Assembly (NCBI RefSeq): GCF_058153355.1
Contig: NZ_CM177019.1
DNA length: 64,000 nt
Strand: one strand, 5' to 3'
Shown: piece after piece, positions 20,170 through 29,911 of the stretch
How the letters are laid out: each line of letters opens with the position of its first letter
How positions within the stretch are numbered: position 1 is the first letter of the stretch
Made by a program: the position numbers and the translations under genes
The notes under the pieces: generated by a model
Told to the model about the DNA's origin: nothing
Database searches by the model: none
What the model saw: the letters and a program-made list of their open reading frames with translations, nothing else

Positions 20170-22203
20170 TCACACGTCCGGGAACATTACGCTATTACCC
20201 GGCGCTTCACGATGGAGATGGATAAAGTTCAGGTGCCGCTCGTACTGATCGAGAATATCGGTGATCACCTGCTCTTTGCTGTAGTCCATCAGGTCGTTGC
20301 CCTGGCTGCCTTCTAACAGGAAGGTTTCCAGCCGGTAGTAGGTCGATTTACCGCTACGTGCGCGGTAGGTAAAGCCCGGCACCGAATATTGCTGCGGCCA
20401 AATCTGATAGACAAAGTTTTGCTCTTCGCCCATATGCACCAACAAATCCAGATGCCCCAACTGTTGTCCCTCTTCCGGCGGCAGGCTTTTTAGCTCCACG
20501 TACGCACCGCGCAGTCGCAGTTCCTGCGCCACTTCTTCCATTGCCGGATAACAGACGGTTTCCATCATCTGTTTGGTGTAACGCGTTCCTGGGTAGTTCA
20601 TCAGGCGCGAGAGACGCTTTTTCCAGCTCAGGCGATCCTGAAGCCCCAGCGGTCGCGGCGCGGTATCACGGTTGGCACTTTCACGGCGGTAATCTTCTAC
20701 CTTCAGAGATTTATACAATCCCGCCATCACGAAGAAAATCACAAAGCTGAACGGTAGCCCCATGATTACCGTGGTGTTTTGCAGCGCGGATATCCCGTTG
20801 GTCATCAGCATACCGAGCGTCAGCAGACCAATGGCAACCGACCAGAAGACACGCAGCCAGCCCGGCGCGTCGCTGTTGATATCTTTAAGCTGCGAGGTGA
20901 AATTCCCCAGCACCAGCGCGCCGGAGTCCGCCGAGGTCACATAAAACAGCAGGCCAGTAATGGTGGCGACGGAGGCGCTAAAGGTAAACGCCGGATACTG
21001 CGCCAGCAGGCTGTAGAAGCCGCGCTCCGGATGGACCATCGCTTCCTCGGCAAATGCCGCGCCGCCGTGGATGATTTCATACAGCGCGCTATTGCCGAAT
21101 ACCGAGAGCCATAACAGCGTGAAGGTAAACGGAATAATCAACGTGCCCAGCACGAACTGGCGAATGGTGCGCCCACGCGAGATACGCGCCAGGAACAGGC
21201 CGACAAACGGCGACCAGGCTACCCACCATGCCCAGAAAAAGAGCGTCCAGTTATTCATCCACTCAACCGGGCGGTCAAAGGCGAAACTGTTGAGCGTCAT
21301 GCCCATAAAGCGGTTAACGTAATCGCCAACGTTCAGCACCAGCGCATTAAGCAGGAACGAGGTGTCGCCCATAAACAGCACGAACAGGATCAACCCCAGC
21401 GCCAGCGCAACGTTGAGTTCCGATAACACGCGAATGCCCTTATCGACACCGGAGGTGACAGAGATCGTTGCGATGATCACCGACAAGGCGATCAGTGCCG
21501 CTTTCGCCGCCATCGAATCGGGAATATCAAACAGTACGCTCAAGCCATAGTTAAGCTGCACCACACCGATACCGAGCGTAGTGGCAATACCGAAGATGGT
21601 GCCGATTACCGCTGCAATATCCACTGAATGACCAATCGGCCCGTTAATCCGTTTACCGAAGATCGGGTACAGCGCCGAGCGGATGGTGAGCGGCAAATTA
21701 TAACGATAGCTAAAGTATCCGAGCGCCATGCCCATCAGCGCATACATCGACCAGCCGGTTAAGCCGTAGTGAAACAGCGTCCAGACCATCGCCTGACGCG
21801 CGGCCTCAATCGTCTGACCCGCGCCTTCCGGCGGCTGCATATACTGCGTGACCGGCTCAGCAACGGAGAAGAACATCAGATCGATACCAATCCCGGCGGC
21901 GAACAGCATCGCCGCCCAGCTCAGTAAACTGAACTCTGGCTTAGACTGCTCAGGCCCAAGTTTCACCGAACCAAAGCGCGAACAGGCAATGCAGACCACA
22001 AAGACAATATAGAGCGTTGCCGCTAACAGATAGTACCAACCAAAAGTTTTAGAAACCCAGTCCAGCGTGCGGCCAATCCACAGAGCCGAGAAGTCGCGAA
22101 ACAGGATCGTTGTCAGGGAAAACAACAAAATCAGTCCGGCGGAAGTATAAAACACCACCGGATTGATTTTGTCCTTTTCCCTGCTGTGCGAAAGGTCTGT
22201 CAT
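20170..22203 (-). CDS. betT: Choline transporter BetT (BCCT family)
   Basis: 677 aa, 12 hydrophobic segments, BCCT-family composition; divergent from betIBA. Confidence 0.9.
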   Translation of the reverse strand: MTDLSHSREKDKINPVVFYTSAGLILLFSLTTILFRDFSALWIGRTLDWVSKTFGWYYLLAATLYIVFVVCIACSRFGSVKLGPEQSKPEFSLLSWAAMLFAAGIGIDLMFFSVAEPVTQYMQPPEGAGQTIEAARQAMVWTLFHYGLTGWSMYALMGMALGYFSYRYNLPLTIRSALYPIFGKRINGPIGHSVDIAAVIGTIFGIATTLGIGVVQLNYGLSVLFDIPDSMAAKAALIALSVIIATISVTSGVDKGIRVLSELNVALALGLILFVLFMGDTSFLLNALVLNVGDYVNRFMGMTLNSFAFDRPVEWMNNWTLFFWAWWVAWSPFVGLFLARISRGRTIRQFVLGTLIIPFTFTLLWLSVFGNSALYEIIHGGAAFAEEAMVHPERGFYSLLAQYPAFTFSASVATITGLLFYVTSADSGALVLGNFTSQLKDINSDAPGWLRVFWSVAIGLLTLGMLMTNGISALQNTTVIMGLPFSFVIFFVMAGLYKSLKVEDYRRESANRDTAPRPLGLQDRLSWKKRLSRLMNYPGTRYTKQMMETVCYPAMEEVAQELRLRGAYVELKSLPPEEGQQLGHLDLLVHMGEEQNFVYQIWPQQYSVPGFTYRARSGKSTYYRLETFLLEGSQGNDLMDYSKEQVITDILDQYERHLNFIHLHREAPGNSVMFPDV

Positions 22204-22266
22204 CCAGTATCCCCACTGTTATTGTTACCATTTAAAATCAAATTAGTAACAATTAAGACACATTTT

Positions 22267-22288
22267 ATATTGAACGTCCAATCAATAA
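22267..22288. promoter_or_regulatory. Putative BetI operator palindrome in the betT-betI divergent promoter region
   Basis: TATATTGAACGTCCAATCAATA: ends TATTGA...TCAATA are reverse complements; lies between the divergent betT and betI starts. Confidence 0.55.
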
Positions 22289-22331
22289 CGGCTTTAATAG
22301 ATTAACAACGCTGATGAATGGAGTGGCAAAA

Positions 22332-22919
22332 ATGCCCAAATTGGGGATGCAGTCGATCCGGCGCAGACAACTGATCGACGCCACGCTGGAAGCAATAAAT
22401 GAAGTAGGTATGCACGATGCGACGATCGCGCAGATCGCCCGCCGGGCGGGCGTTTCCACCGGGATCATTAGCCACTATTTCAAAGACAAAAATGGTCTGC
22501 TGGAAGCAACCATGCGTGATATCACCAGCCAGCTGCGTGACGCGGTCTTGAACCGCTTACACGCGCTACCGGATGGCAGCCCTGAGCAGCGATTACAGGC
22601 GATTGTTGACGGAAATTTCGATGAGACTCAGGTCAGTAATGCTGCGATGAAAGCCTGGCTGGCGTTTTGGGCCAGCAGTATGCATCAGCCGATGCTTTAC
22701 CGTTTGCAGCAGGTGAGCAGCCGCCGCTTGTTGTCGAATCTGGTGAGCGAATTTCACCGCGAGTTACCGCGCAAAGAGGCACAGGAGGCAGGTTATGGCC
22801 TGGCCGCGCTGATTGACGGTTTATGGCTGCGCGCGGCATTGAGCGGTAAACCGCTGGATAAACCTCTCGCACACTCGCTCACCCGCCACTTTATCACTCA
22901 GCATTTACCCACCGATTAA
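22332..22919 (+). CDS. betI: TetR-family repressor BetI
   Basis: Start at MPKLGMQS gives 195 aa; TetR-type HTH ([21 protein letters not shown]). Confidence 0.9.
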   Translation: MPKLGMQSIRRRQLIDATLEAINEVGMHDATIAQIARRAGVSTGIISHYFKDKNGLLEATMRDITSQLRDAVLNRLHALPDGSPEQRLQAIVDGNFDETQVSNAAMKAWLAFWASSMHQPMLYRLQQVSSRRLLSNLVSEFHRELPRKEAQEAGYGLAALIDGLWLRAALSGKPLDKPLAHSLTRHFITQHLPTD

Positions 22920-22932
22920 CCGAGGAGACGTG

Positions 22933-24405
22933 ATGTCCCGAATGGCAGAACAGCAGCTTTATATACATGGTGGTTATACCTCCGCCACCAGCGGTCGCAC
23001 CTTCGAGACCATTAACCCGGCCAACGGTAACGTGCTGGCGACCGTGCAGGCCGCCGGGCGTGAGGATGTCGATCGCGCCGTGAAGAGCGCCCAGCAGGGG
23101 CAAAAAATCTGGGCGGCGATGACCGCCATGGAACGCTCGCGCATTCTGCGTCGGGCCGTTGATATTCTGCGCGAACGCAATGACGAACTCGCTAAACTGG
23201 AAACCCTCGACACCGGGAAGGCGTATTCAGAAACCTCAACCGTCGATATCGTTACCGGCGCGGACGTACTGGAGTACTACGCCGGGCTGATCCCGGCGCT
23301 GGAAGGCAGCCAGATCCCGCTACGCGAGACGTCGTTTGTTTATACCCGCAGTGAACCGCTGGGCGTGGTCGCCGGAATTGGCGCATGGAACTACCCGATT
23401 CAGATTGCTTTGTGGAAATCCGCTCCGGCACTGGCCGCAGGCAACGCGATGATATTCAAACCGAGCGAAGTTACCCCGCTTACCGCGTTAAAGCTGGCTG
23501 AAATCTACAGCGAAGCGGGCCTGCCGGACGGCGTATTTAACGTGTTGCCGGGCGTAGGTGCGGAAACCGGGCAGTATCTGACCGAGCATCCGGGCATCGC
23601 CAAAGTGTCGTTTACCGGCGGCGTCGCCAGCGGCAAAAAGGTGATGGCTAACGCGGCGGCCTCTTCCCTGAAAGAGGTGACCATGGAGCTGGGCGGTAAA
23701 TCGCCGCTGATCGTTTTCGACGATGCAGACCTCGATCTCGCTGCCGATATCGCCATGATGGCGAACTTCTTTAGCTCCGGTCAGGTGTGTACCAATGGCA
23801 CCCGCGTGTTTATTCCGGCGAAATGCAAAGCCGCGTTTGAGCAGAAAATACTGGCGCGCGTTGAACGCATTCGCGCGGGCGACGTTTTCGATCCGCAAAC
23901 CAACTTTGGCCCGCTGGTCAGCTTCCCGCATCGCGATAATGTGCTGCGCTATATCGCCAAAGGCAAAGAGGAAGGTGCACGCGTGCTCTGCGGCGGCGAT
24001 GTGCTGAAGGGTGATGGCTTCGATAACGGCGCATGGGTTGCTCCGACCGTGTTCACCGATTGCCGCGACGAAATGACTATCGTGCGCGAAGAGATCTTCG
24101 GCCCGGTGATGTCGCTCCTCACGTATGAGTCTGAAGACGAAGTGATTCGCCGCGCCAATGATACCGACTACGGTCTGGCGGCGGGTATCGTCACGGCGGA
24201 TCTGAACCGCGCGCATCGCGTCATTCATCAGCTGGAAGCCGGCATTTGCTGGATCAACACCTGGGGAGAATCCCCGGCGGAGATGCCCGTTGGCGGTTAC
24301 AAACACTCCGGCATTGGCCGCGAGAACGGCGTGATGACGCTCCAGAGTTATACCCAGGTGAAGTCCATCCAGGTTGAGATGGCTAAATTCCAGTCCATAT
24401 TCTAA
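22933..24405 (+). CDS. betB: Betaine-aldehyde dehydrogenase BetB
   Basis: 490 aa; aldehyde dehydrogenase family including catalytic-Cys region [13 protein letters not shown] and ELGGKSP. Confidence 0.9.
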   Translation: MSRMAEQQLYIHGGYTSATSGRTFETINPANGNVLATVQAAGREDVDRAVKSAQQGQKIWAAMTAMERSRILRRAVDILRERNDELAKLETLDTGKAYSETSTVDIVTGADVLEYYAGLIPALEGSQIPLRETSFVYTRSEPLGVVAGIGAWNYPIQIALWKSAPALAAGNAMIFKPSEVTPLTALKLAEIYSEAGLPDGVFNVLPGVGAETGQYLTEHPGIAKVSFTGGVASGKKVMANAAASSLKEVTMELGGKSPLIVFDDADLDLAADIAMMANFFSSGQVCTNGTRVFIPAKCKAAFEQKILARVERIRAGDVFDPQTNFGPLVSFPHRDNVLRYIAKGKEEGARVLCGGDVLKGDGFDNGAWVAPTVFTDCRDEMTIVREEIFGPVMSLLTYESEDEVIRRANDTDYGLAAGIVTADLNRAHRVIHQLEAGICWINTWGESPAEMPVGGYKHSGIGRENGVMTLQSYTQVKSIQVEMAKFQSIF

Positions 24406-24418
24406 CCAGGAGGTTTAT

Positions 24419-26107
24419 TTGCAATTTGACTACATCATTATTGGCGCCGGCTCTGCCGGCAACGTCCTCGCGACACGTCTGACTGAAGATCCGAACACTA
24501 CCGTGCTGCTGCTTGAAGCGGGCGGCCCGGACTATCGCTTTGACTTCCGTACCCAAATGCCCGCTGCGCTGGCGTTCCCGCTACAGGGTAAACGCTACAA
24601 CTGGGCGTATGAGACCGAGCCGGAACCGTTTATGAACAACCGTCGCATGGAGTGCGGACGCGGTAAGGGGCTTGGTGGATCATCACTGATCAACGGCATG
24701 TGTTACATCCGTGGTAACGCACTGGATCTCGATAACTGGGCGAAAGAACCCGGTCTGGAGAACTGGAGCTACCTCGACTGCCTGCCCTACTACCGCAAGG
24801 CCGAGACGCGCGATGTGGGCGAGAACGACTACCACGGCGGTGATGGCCCGGTAAGCGTGACCACCTCAAAACCGGGTGTCAATCCGCTGTTTGAAGCGAT
24901 GATTGAAGCGGGCGTGCAGGCGGGCTACCCGCGCACGGACGATCTCAACGGCTATCAGCAGGAAGGTTTCGGCCCGATGGACCGCACCGTCACGCCACAG
25001 GGCCGTCGCGCCAGCACCGCGAGGGGTTATCTCGATCAGGCCAAATCGCGCCCGAACCTGACGATTCGTACTCACGCTATGACCGATCACATCATTTTTG
25101 ACGGCAAACGCGCGGTGGGCGTCGAGTGGCTGGAAGGCGACAGCACCATTCCGACCCGCGCGGCGGCGAATAAAGAAGTGCTGTTATGTGCAGGCGCGAT
25201 TGCTTCACCGCAGATCCTGCAACGCTCCGGCGTCGGCAACGCTGGACTGCTGGCGGAGTTTGATATTCCGCTGGTGCATGAATTACCTGGCGTCGGCGAA
25301 AATCTTCAGGATCACCTGGAGATGTATCTGCAATATGAGTGCAAAGAACCGGTTTCCCTCTACCCTGCCCTGCAGTGGTGGAACCAGCCGAAAATCGGCG
25401 CGGAGTGGCTGTTTGGCGGCACCGGCGTGGGTGCCAGCAACCACTTTGAAGCAGGCGGATTTATTCGCAGCCGTGAGGAATTTGCGTGGCCGAATATTCA
25501 GTACCATTTCCTGCCAGTGGCGATTAACTATAACGGCTCGAATGCGGTGAAAGAGCACGGCTTCCAGTGCCATGTCGGATCGATGCGCTCGCCAAGCCGT
25601 GGGCATGTGCGGATTAAATCCCGCGACCCGCACCAGCATCCGGCGATTCTGTTTAACTACATGTCGCACGAGCAGGACTGGCAGGAGTTCCGCGACGCGA
25701 TTCACATCACCCGCGAGATCATGCATCAACCCGCGCTGGATCAATACCGTGGCCGCGAAATCAGCCCTGGTGTCGAATACCAGACGGATGAGCAGCTCGA
25801 TGAGTTCGTGCGTAACCACGCCGAAACCGCGTTTCATCCGTGCGGTACCTGCAAAATGGGTTATGACGAGATGGCAGTGGTTGACGCCGAAGGCCACGTA
25901 CACGGGCTGGAAGGCCTGCGCGTGGTGGATGCGTCAATTATGCCGCAAATTATCACCGGCAATTTGAACGCCACGACGATTATGATTGGCGAGAAAATAG
26001 CGGATATGATTCGCGGGCAAGAAGCGTTGCCGAGGAGTCTGGCGGCGTATTTTGTGGCGAATGGGATGCCAGTAAGAGCGAAAAAACTGAATCGCGATTT
26101 GAACTAA
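24419..26107 (+). CDS. betA: Choline dehydrogenase BetA (GMC oxidoreductase)
   Basis: N-terminal FAD-binding GxGxxG ([12 protein letters not shown]). Apparent TTG start at 24419 (ORF track extends to 24374); exact start uncertain. Confidence 0.85.
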   Translation: MQFDYIIIGAGSAGNVLATRLTEDPNTTVLLLEAGGPDYRFDFRTQMPAALAFPLQGKRYNWAYETEPEPFMNNRRMECGRGKGLGGSSLINGMCYIRGNALDLDNWAKEPGLENWSYLDCLPYYRKAETRDVGENDYHGGDGPVSVTTSKPGVNPLFEAMIEAGVQAGYPRTDDLNGYQQEGFGPMDRTVTPQGRRASTARGYLDQAKSRPNLTIRTHAMTDHIIFDGKRAVGVEWLEGDSTIPTRAAANKEVLLCAGAIASPQILQRSGVGNAGLLAEFDIPLVHELPGVGENLQDHLEMYLQYECKEPVSLYPALQWWNQPKIGAEWLFGGTGVGASNHFEAGGFIRSREEFAWPNIQYHFLPVAINYNGSNAVKEHGFQCHVGSMRSPSRGHVRIKSRDPHQHPAILFNYMSHEQDWQEFRDAIHITREIMHQPALDQYRGREISPGVEYQTDEQLDEFVRNHAETAFHPCGTCKMGYDEMAVVDAEGHVHGLEGLRVVDASIMPQIITGNLNATTIMIGEKIADMIRGQEALPRSLAAYFVANGMPVRAKKLNRDLN

Positions 26108-27215
26108 CGCAGGAACTTATAAGCTTGAGAGTTACCGTTCTACGATGAGGACCGAATCCTTATATAAAAACATAGGTAACTCTCATGCTTCATATCCGCA
26201 GTCCCGCCATCAAACTTTAAGCCGATTCGCTCAATCTGGCGGATGATGGTGCTATGGATACACTGATAAACCACAAGTGTAATGCCACTCAGCTTAAGAA
26301 TCACGCAACCAGTGCTCCTGGCCAGGGTTACTTGTTCTTTCCCACTCCCGGTTAGCAGTGGTCAGCGATCAACTGCGTAAGCCGGGCGTATTTATCCCAA
26401 AGCGTGGAGTAATATCAGGTCTACGCTAAAAAACTCAATTTATTCGGTTATCATGCACGCAAAGGGGGCTTGTGGCGAGTATAAAAATAAGTCAGACCCA
26501 AAAACTACGTGGAGCTTTAAACACGGTTCGTATAATTTATTAGCAGCGATTTATTTCTACCCTTCTTTAATCAGTCATCATGATTAAATATTTTTTATCA
26601 CAAGATTATCGCTTCTCTAACATTTTATTTTTTATTTATTATCAATTGATAAGAAAAAATTGTTAGTACGTTTTTGCAAAAAATTAAAAGTGTTGGAATA
26701 CACTTAAACAAATGAACAAAAACCAAACAAACTGAGATTTGCAATCAGAAAAAATTATTCAAGAGAACATCTCTAATTTATTGGTAGCGTCCATGAACGA
26801 TGATTTCCTCACAACCAAAAAGTAAAGAAAATCTTATGATAAGATATATTTGTAAATTAGTATTATTAACGTCAAAGATCTTTTCTTTTCTGCACCCTTA
26901 CTTTGCAACGCATAAAAAACAAATAAAATCAATAATATATGCAGAAAAAGTTATTTTACGTAAAAATAACATTAAATAAATCAAGACTATTGAACATCAC
27001 TAAAACATTAGACGTAATACACATTCACCCCCGCTCCTTGACTCAGGGTTTTAATATTTTTTGTTTCACATCATTGTAGAAAAAATCGCGCATTAAAAAT
27101 GAGTTGTAGAAAAACCGCACAATAAATATTTCATATTTTATCTATTGCGTAGAACTACTATTCAAAAAATCTTATTAATGAGATAATGAAATTACATCGA
27201 TAACGTTCTGATTGC

Positions 27216-27248
27216 AGGCACACTTATCTGGGTGTGCCTCTTTTTTTT
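27216..27248 (+). terminator. Intrinsic-terminator-like hairpin plus T-run about 20 bp upstream of the recombinase start codon
   Basis: aggcacac-ttatctgg-gtgtgcct followed by c and eight T (27241-27248); plus-strand orientation, ending 20 nt before the ATG at 27269. Confidence 0.5.
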
Positions 27249-27268
27249 ACAACTGTACACGGTGGCGT

Positions 27269-27889
27269 ATGACGAGAAAATATCTCACACAGGATGAAGT
27301 CTACAGGCTGATGGATGCAGCCCAGAGCATGTCCTTTCCTGAAAGAAATCGCTGTCTAATTATGATGGCTTTCATTCACGGTTTTAGGGCCAGTGAACTT
27401 CTTGATTTACATTTATCCGATATTGATGCATCAGGAAAACAACTTAATATTCGGCGTATTAAAAATGGTTTCTCGACAACACATCCTCTTCTTCCTGATG
27501 AATATAATTTGATCAAGTTGTGGCTTAAGCAGAGGAAGTTAATTGAAAATGGAGTTGAAGGAGACAGGCTTTTTCTCTCCCGGAAACGCCGCCCTATCAG
27601 CAGACAACATTTTTTTTCGATCATTCGTGAGGCAGGAAGACGTGCAGGATTAGCTGTAAAAGCACATCCTCATATGTTACGTCATGCCTGTGGATTTGCT
27701 CTGGCTGACAATGGTGTCGATACCCGACTACTTCAGGATTATCTGGGTCATCGAAATATTCAGCATACTGTCAGATACACAGCCAGTAATGCTGCTCGAT
27801 TTAAAGGGGTGTGGAAAAAAAGCCTCGTTAAAACAGTACCTTCTGATTCAAAATGTCAGATTCCTACGTTTGCCTCAATTCTTCCATAA
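27269..27889 (+). CDS. ipuA: FimB/FimE-family tyrosine site-specific recombinase (IpuA-like)
   Basis: 206 aa from MTRKYLT; aligns along its length with FimE as I recall it (CLIMMAFIHGFRASELLDLH, HPHMLRHACGFALA, catalytic Tyr region GHRNIQHTVRYTASNA). The last 15 codons lie inside the adjacent inverted-repeat switch. Confidence 0.8.
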   Translation: MTRKYLTQDEVYRLMDAAQSMSFPERNRCLIMMAFIHGFRASELLDLHLSDIDASGKQLNIRRIKNGFSTTHPLLPDEYNLIKLWLKQRKLIENGVEGDRLFLSRKRRPISRQHFFSIIREAGRRAGLAVKAHPHMLRHACGFALADNGVDTRLLQDYLGHRNIQHTVRYTASNAARFKGVWKKSLVKTVPSDSKCQIPTFASILP

Positions 27890-28121
27890 AAAAACAGCCC
27901 ATTCAATTAAATAAAACACATAACATGTTGATATTTCTCGCTAAAGTAAAATAACCCCATGATTTGAAATGATTAACCATAAAGGTCATACCAGTGGTTA
28001 ACTTTCACCCACTCTGTTAAATAACACAAAATTAAAAACAATAAAAGTAATAAAAATTAGATTTATATTCCAAGAAAATTAAATATTCAGGTAATTAAAC
28101 CAAACCTGACATTTTGAATCA
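27844..28121. promoter_or_regulatory. Invertible DNA switch (ipuS-like) bounded by 16-bp perfect inverted repeats
   Basis: tgattcaaaatgtcag at 27844-27859 and its exact reverse complement ctgacattttgaatca at 28106-28121, enclosing about 246 bp of AT-rich DNA between a fim-type recombinase gene and a LuxR-type regulator gene. Confidence 0.7.
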
Positions 28122-28160
28122 AAATGTCAGGTTTTGTAGCAATGGCGTGGACGAGTCTGA

Positions 28161-28955
28161 ATGAAGAAGCCTCTGGTTATTATCAGTGCCTGTCAGTTCA
28201 CCAGGCTGGCACTGGAGTCTCTCATCCCAACGGACAGGTATCTCGTGCGGGTGTACAGCAACGTCACTACAGAGGTTGAATTCGTTTTAAAGACCTCCTG
28301 TGGCTACCTGTTAGCTGATATCCCTTCGCTTCCTTCAGGGGAGTTGGTTCTTCTGGCTTGTCTTGTCCGCTTGCGGAGTGATGCCGGGCAATGGCAGGTC
28401 TGCCTGACCGGTGACTCCAACTGGTTCGATAATGCTCCTGTTGCAAGTCTGTACTACGGCTTCCCACGCATAAGCACCCTGCTGACAGCGAGTCGTTATC
28501 AGAATCAAATTATCCGCTGGTTACTACGTCCTTTGCCCGGCGATATGAGCGATTTCTGGCTCCTGACTGCACGGGAGTTGAGCGTGCTTAAGATTCTGAT
28601 GCAGGGCATGAGTTTCAGTGAGATTGCCCGTTATGAACAACGCAGTTCAAAGACCCTGCATGCGATTGCCACACGGGCATTAATGAAACTTGGACTGGGA
28701 ACTCTGAGCGATTTCAGGCTGCTCTATACGGGATGCGGTGACAGCAGAGTGAAACGGAATATACGGCTACATGCAAGATATGTCGGACAACATTCCGCTC
28801 ATCGACTCACTCAGTATGTGCAGAACATGGTATCCGGAATTCTTTATCCAGAGAAAGTTGCCGTTGGTGAATCAATAAATTCTGACGCCATATCCGGAAA
28901 AGTACTTTCCGGACTAAGAAAAAATATGCCTAAAAAAAGACCAGGTTTGTTATGA
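28161..28955 (+). CDS. ipuR: LuxR-family transcriptional regulator (IpuR-like)
   Basis: 264 aa with C-terminal LuxR HTH (LTARELSVLKILMQGMSFSEIARYEQRSSKTLHAIATRALMKLGL); immediately downstream of the switch. Confidence 0.7.
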   Translation: MKKPLVIISACQFTRLALESLIPTDRYLVRVYSNVTTEVEFVLKTSCGYLLADIPSLPSGELVLLACLVRLRSDAGQWQVCLTGDSNWFDNAPVASLYYGFPRISTLLTASRYQNQIIRWLLRPLPGDMSDFWLLTARELSVLKILMQGMSFSEIARYEQRSSKTLHAIATRALMKLGLGTLSDFRLLYTGCGDSRVKRNIRLHARYVGQHSAHRLTQYVQNMVSGILYPEKVAVGESINSDAISGKVLSGLRKNMPKKRPGLL

Positions 28956-29108
28956 CACAGCAGCGTTGTTACTACCCCCCACTGCGGCGCATACGGACTC
29001 GCTACAGTGTAGGAGCCAAAATATTTCTACTGCTCTGGGCTGCAGGATTGGGAGGCACGCTGTACAGCCTGTACAGCGTGCTGGCGTACTGACATCTGTG
29101 AGGGAAGG

Positions 29109-29870
29109 ATGCGTTTCGTTCTTTTCTGTCCCTCAGGAATTGTACCAGCGCAGTTCGCAGCTCTATCAACCGGTTCTGTCGGCAATGTTACCTGCATTGG
29201 AACAGAAGAGGAGTTACGCAATAAATTGCGGCACAGGCCACAGAGTGTCGTGATATCGGCAGGGCGACCTGCCGAATGCGCTGAAATGTGGTTCCGATTT
29301 TATCGGGATCACTCATTCGTGGTGGTGTTGTGCGTCGCGCCCTTTTTTCTGCCACCGGATGTGAGTATTTCTGGCGTTCTCAAAAACCTGAGGTTACTGA
29401 AACCAGGAATGTCAGTAGAGCATGTCATCAGTATTGCAAATGCCTCTGGTGGGTTTTCAGGGCTGAAACATGCAGAAATTTTGCCAGTTATGGACAGTTA
29501 CTCTGTCTTTATGAAAGAGGTGAATAACCGCACAAAGACAATCGTCATGTCAGAACGCTTCCCGGAAAAGCAAAAGAAGGTGTTGTCGTTGCTTCTTGCC
29601 GGACACAGCTGGGAATACAGTGCGCAGTTTCTCAAAACGGGGATAAGACAGATATGGCTTGCCGAGCAGTCGCTAAAAAAGCGTTGGGGAATACCGGACA
29701 GCATGTCATTGCGGGAAGCCCTGCTGCTGAGCAGCAATAAATTTCACGGTGATGGAAATGCATTGGAAGAAACGAATGCCATGACATTGCGTGAAAACGG
29801 AAATACCAACAGGTATTCCGTGGTGGTAAATGCAGGGACGCAGGCTTTATCTCTGCATAAATATAAATAA
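29109..29870 (+). CDS. Putative second regulator with a degenerate LuxR-like C-terminal HTH
   Basis: 253-aa ORF; segment EKQKKVLSLLLAGHSWEYSAQFLKTGIRQIWLAEQSLKKRWG resembles a LuxR-type HTH; true start codon uncertain. Confidence 0.5.
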   Translation: MRFVLFCPSGIVPAQFAALSTGSVGNVTCIGTEEELRNKLRHRPQSVVISAGRPAECAEMWFRFYRDHSFVVVLCVAPFFLPPDVSISGVLKNLRLLKPGMSVEHVISIANASGGFSGLKHAEILPVMDSYSVFMKEVNNRTKTIVMSERFPEKQKKVLSLLLAGHSWEYSAQFLKTGIRQIWLAEQSLKKRWGIPDSMSLREALLLSSNKFHGDGNALEETNAMTLRENGNTNRYSVVVNAGTQALSLHKYK

Positions 29871-29911
29871 GTGGGAAATTGAAATTAGTTACCAGAATGG
29901 AGAATTTCTTC

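Noticed and set aside
26124-26181. 11-bp inverted repeat with a 36-nt loop downstream of betA as a terminator
   Set aside because: Loop too long and no T-run; kept only as a possible island-boundary scar inside the island finding.
27212-27268. N-terminal extension of the recombinase ORF (MQAHLSGCASFFYNCTRWR...)
   Set aside because: The extension is encoded by the terminator hairpin and T-run itself; FimB/FimE-type recombinases start at the equivalent of MTRKYLT, so the ATG at 27269 is preferred.
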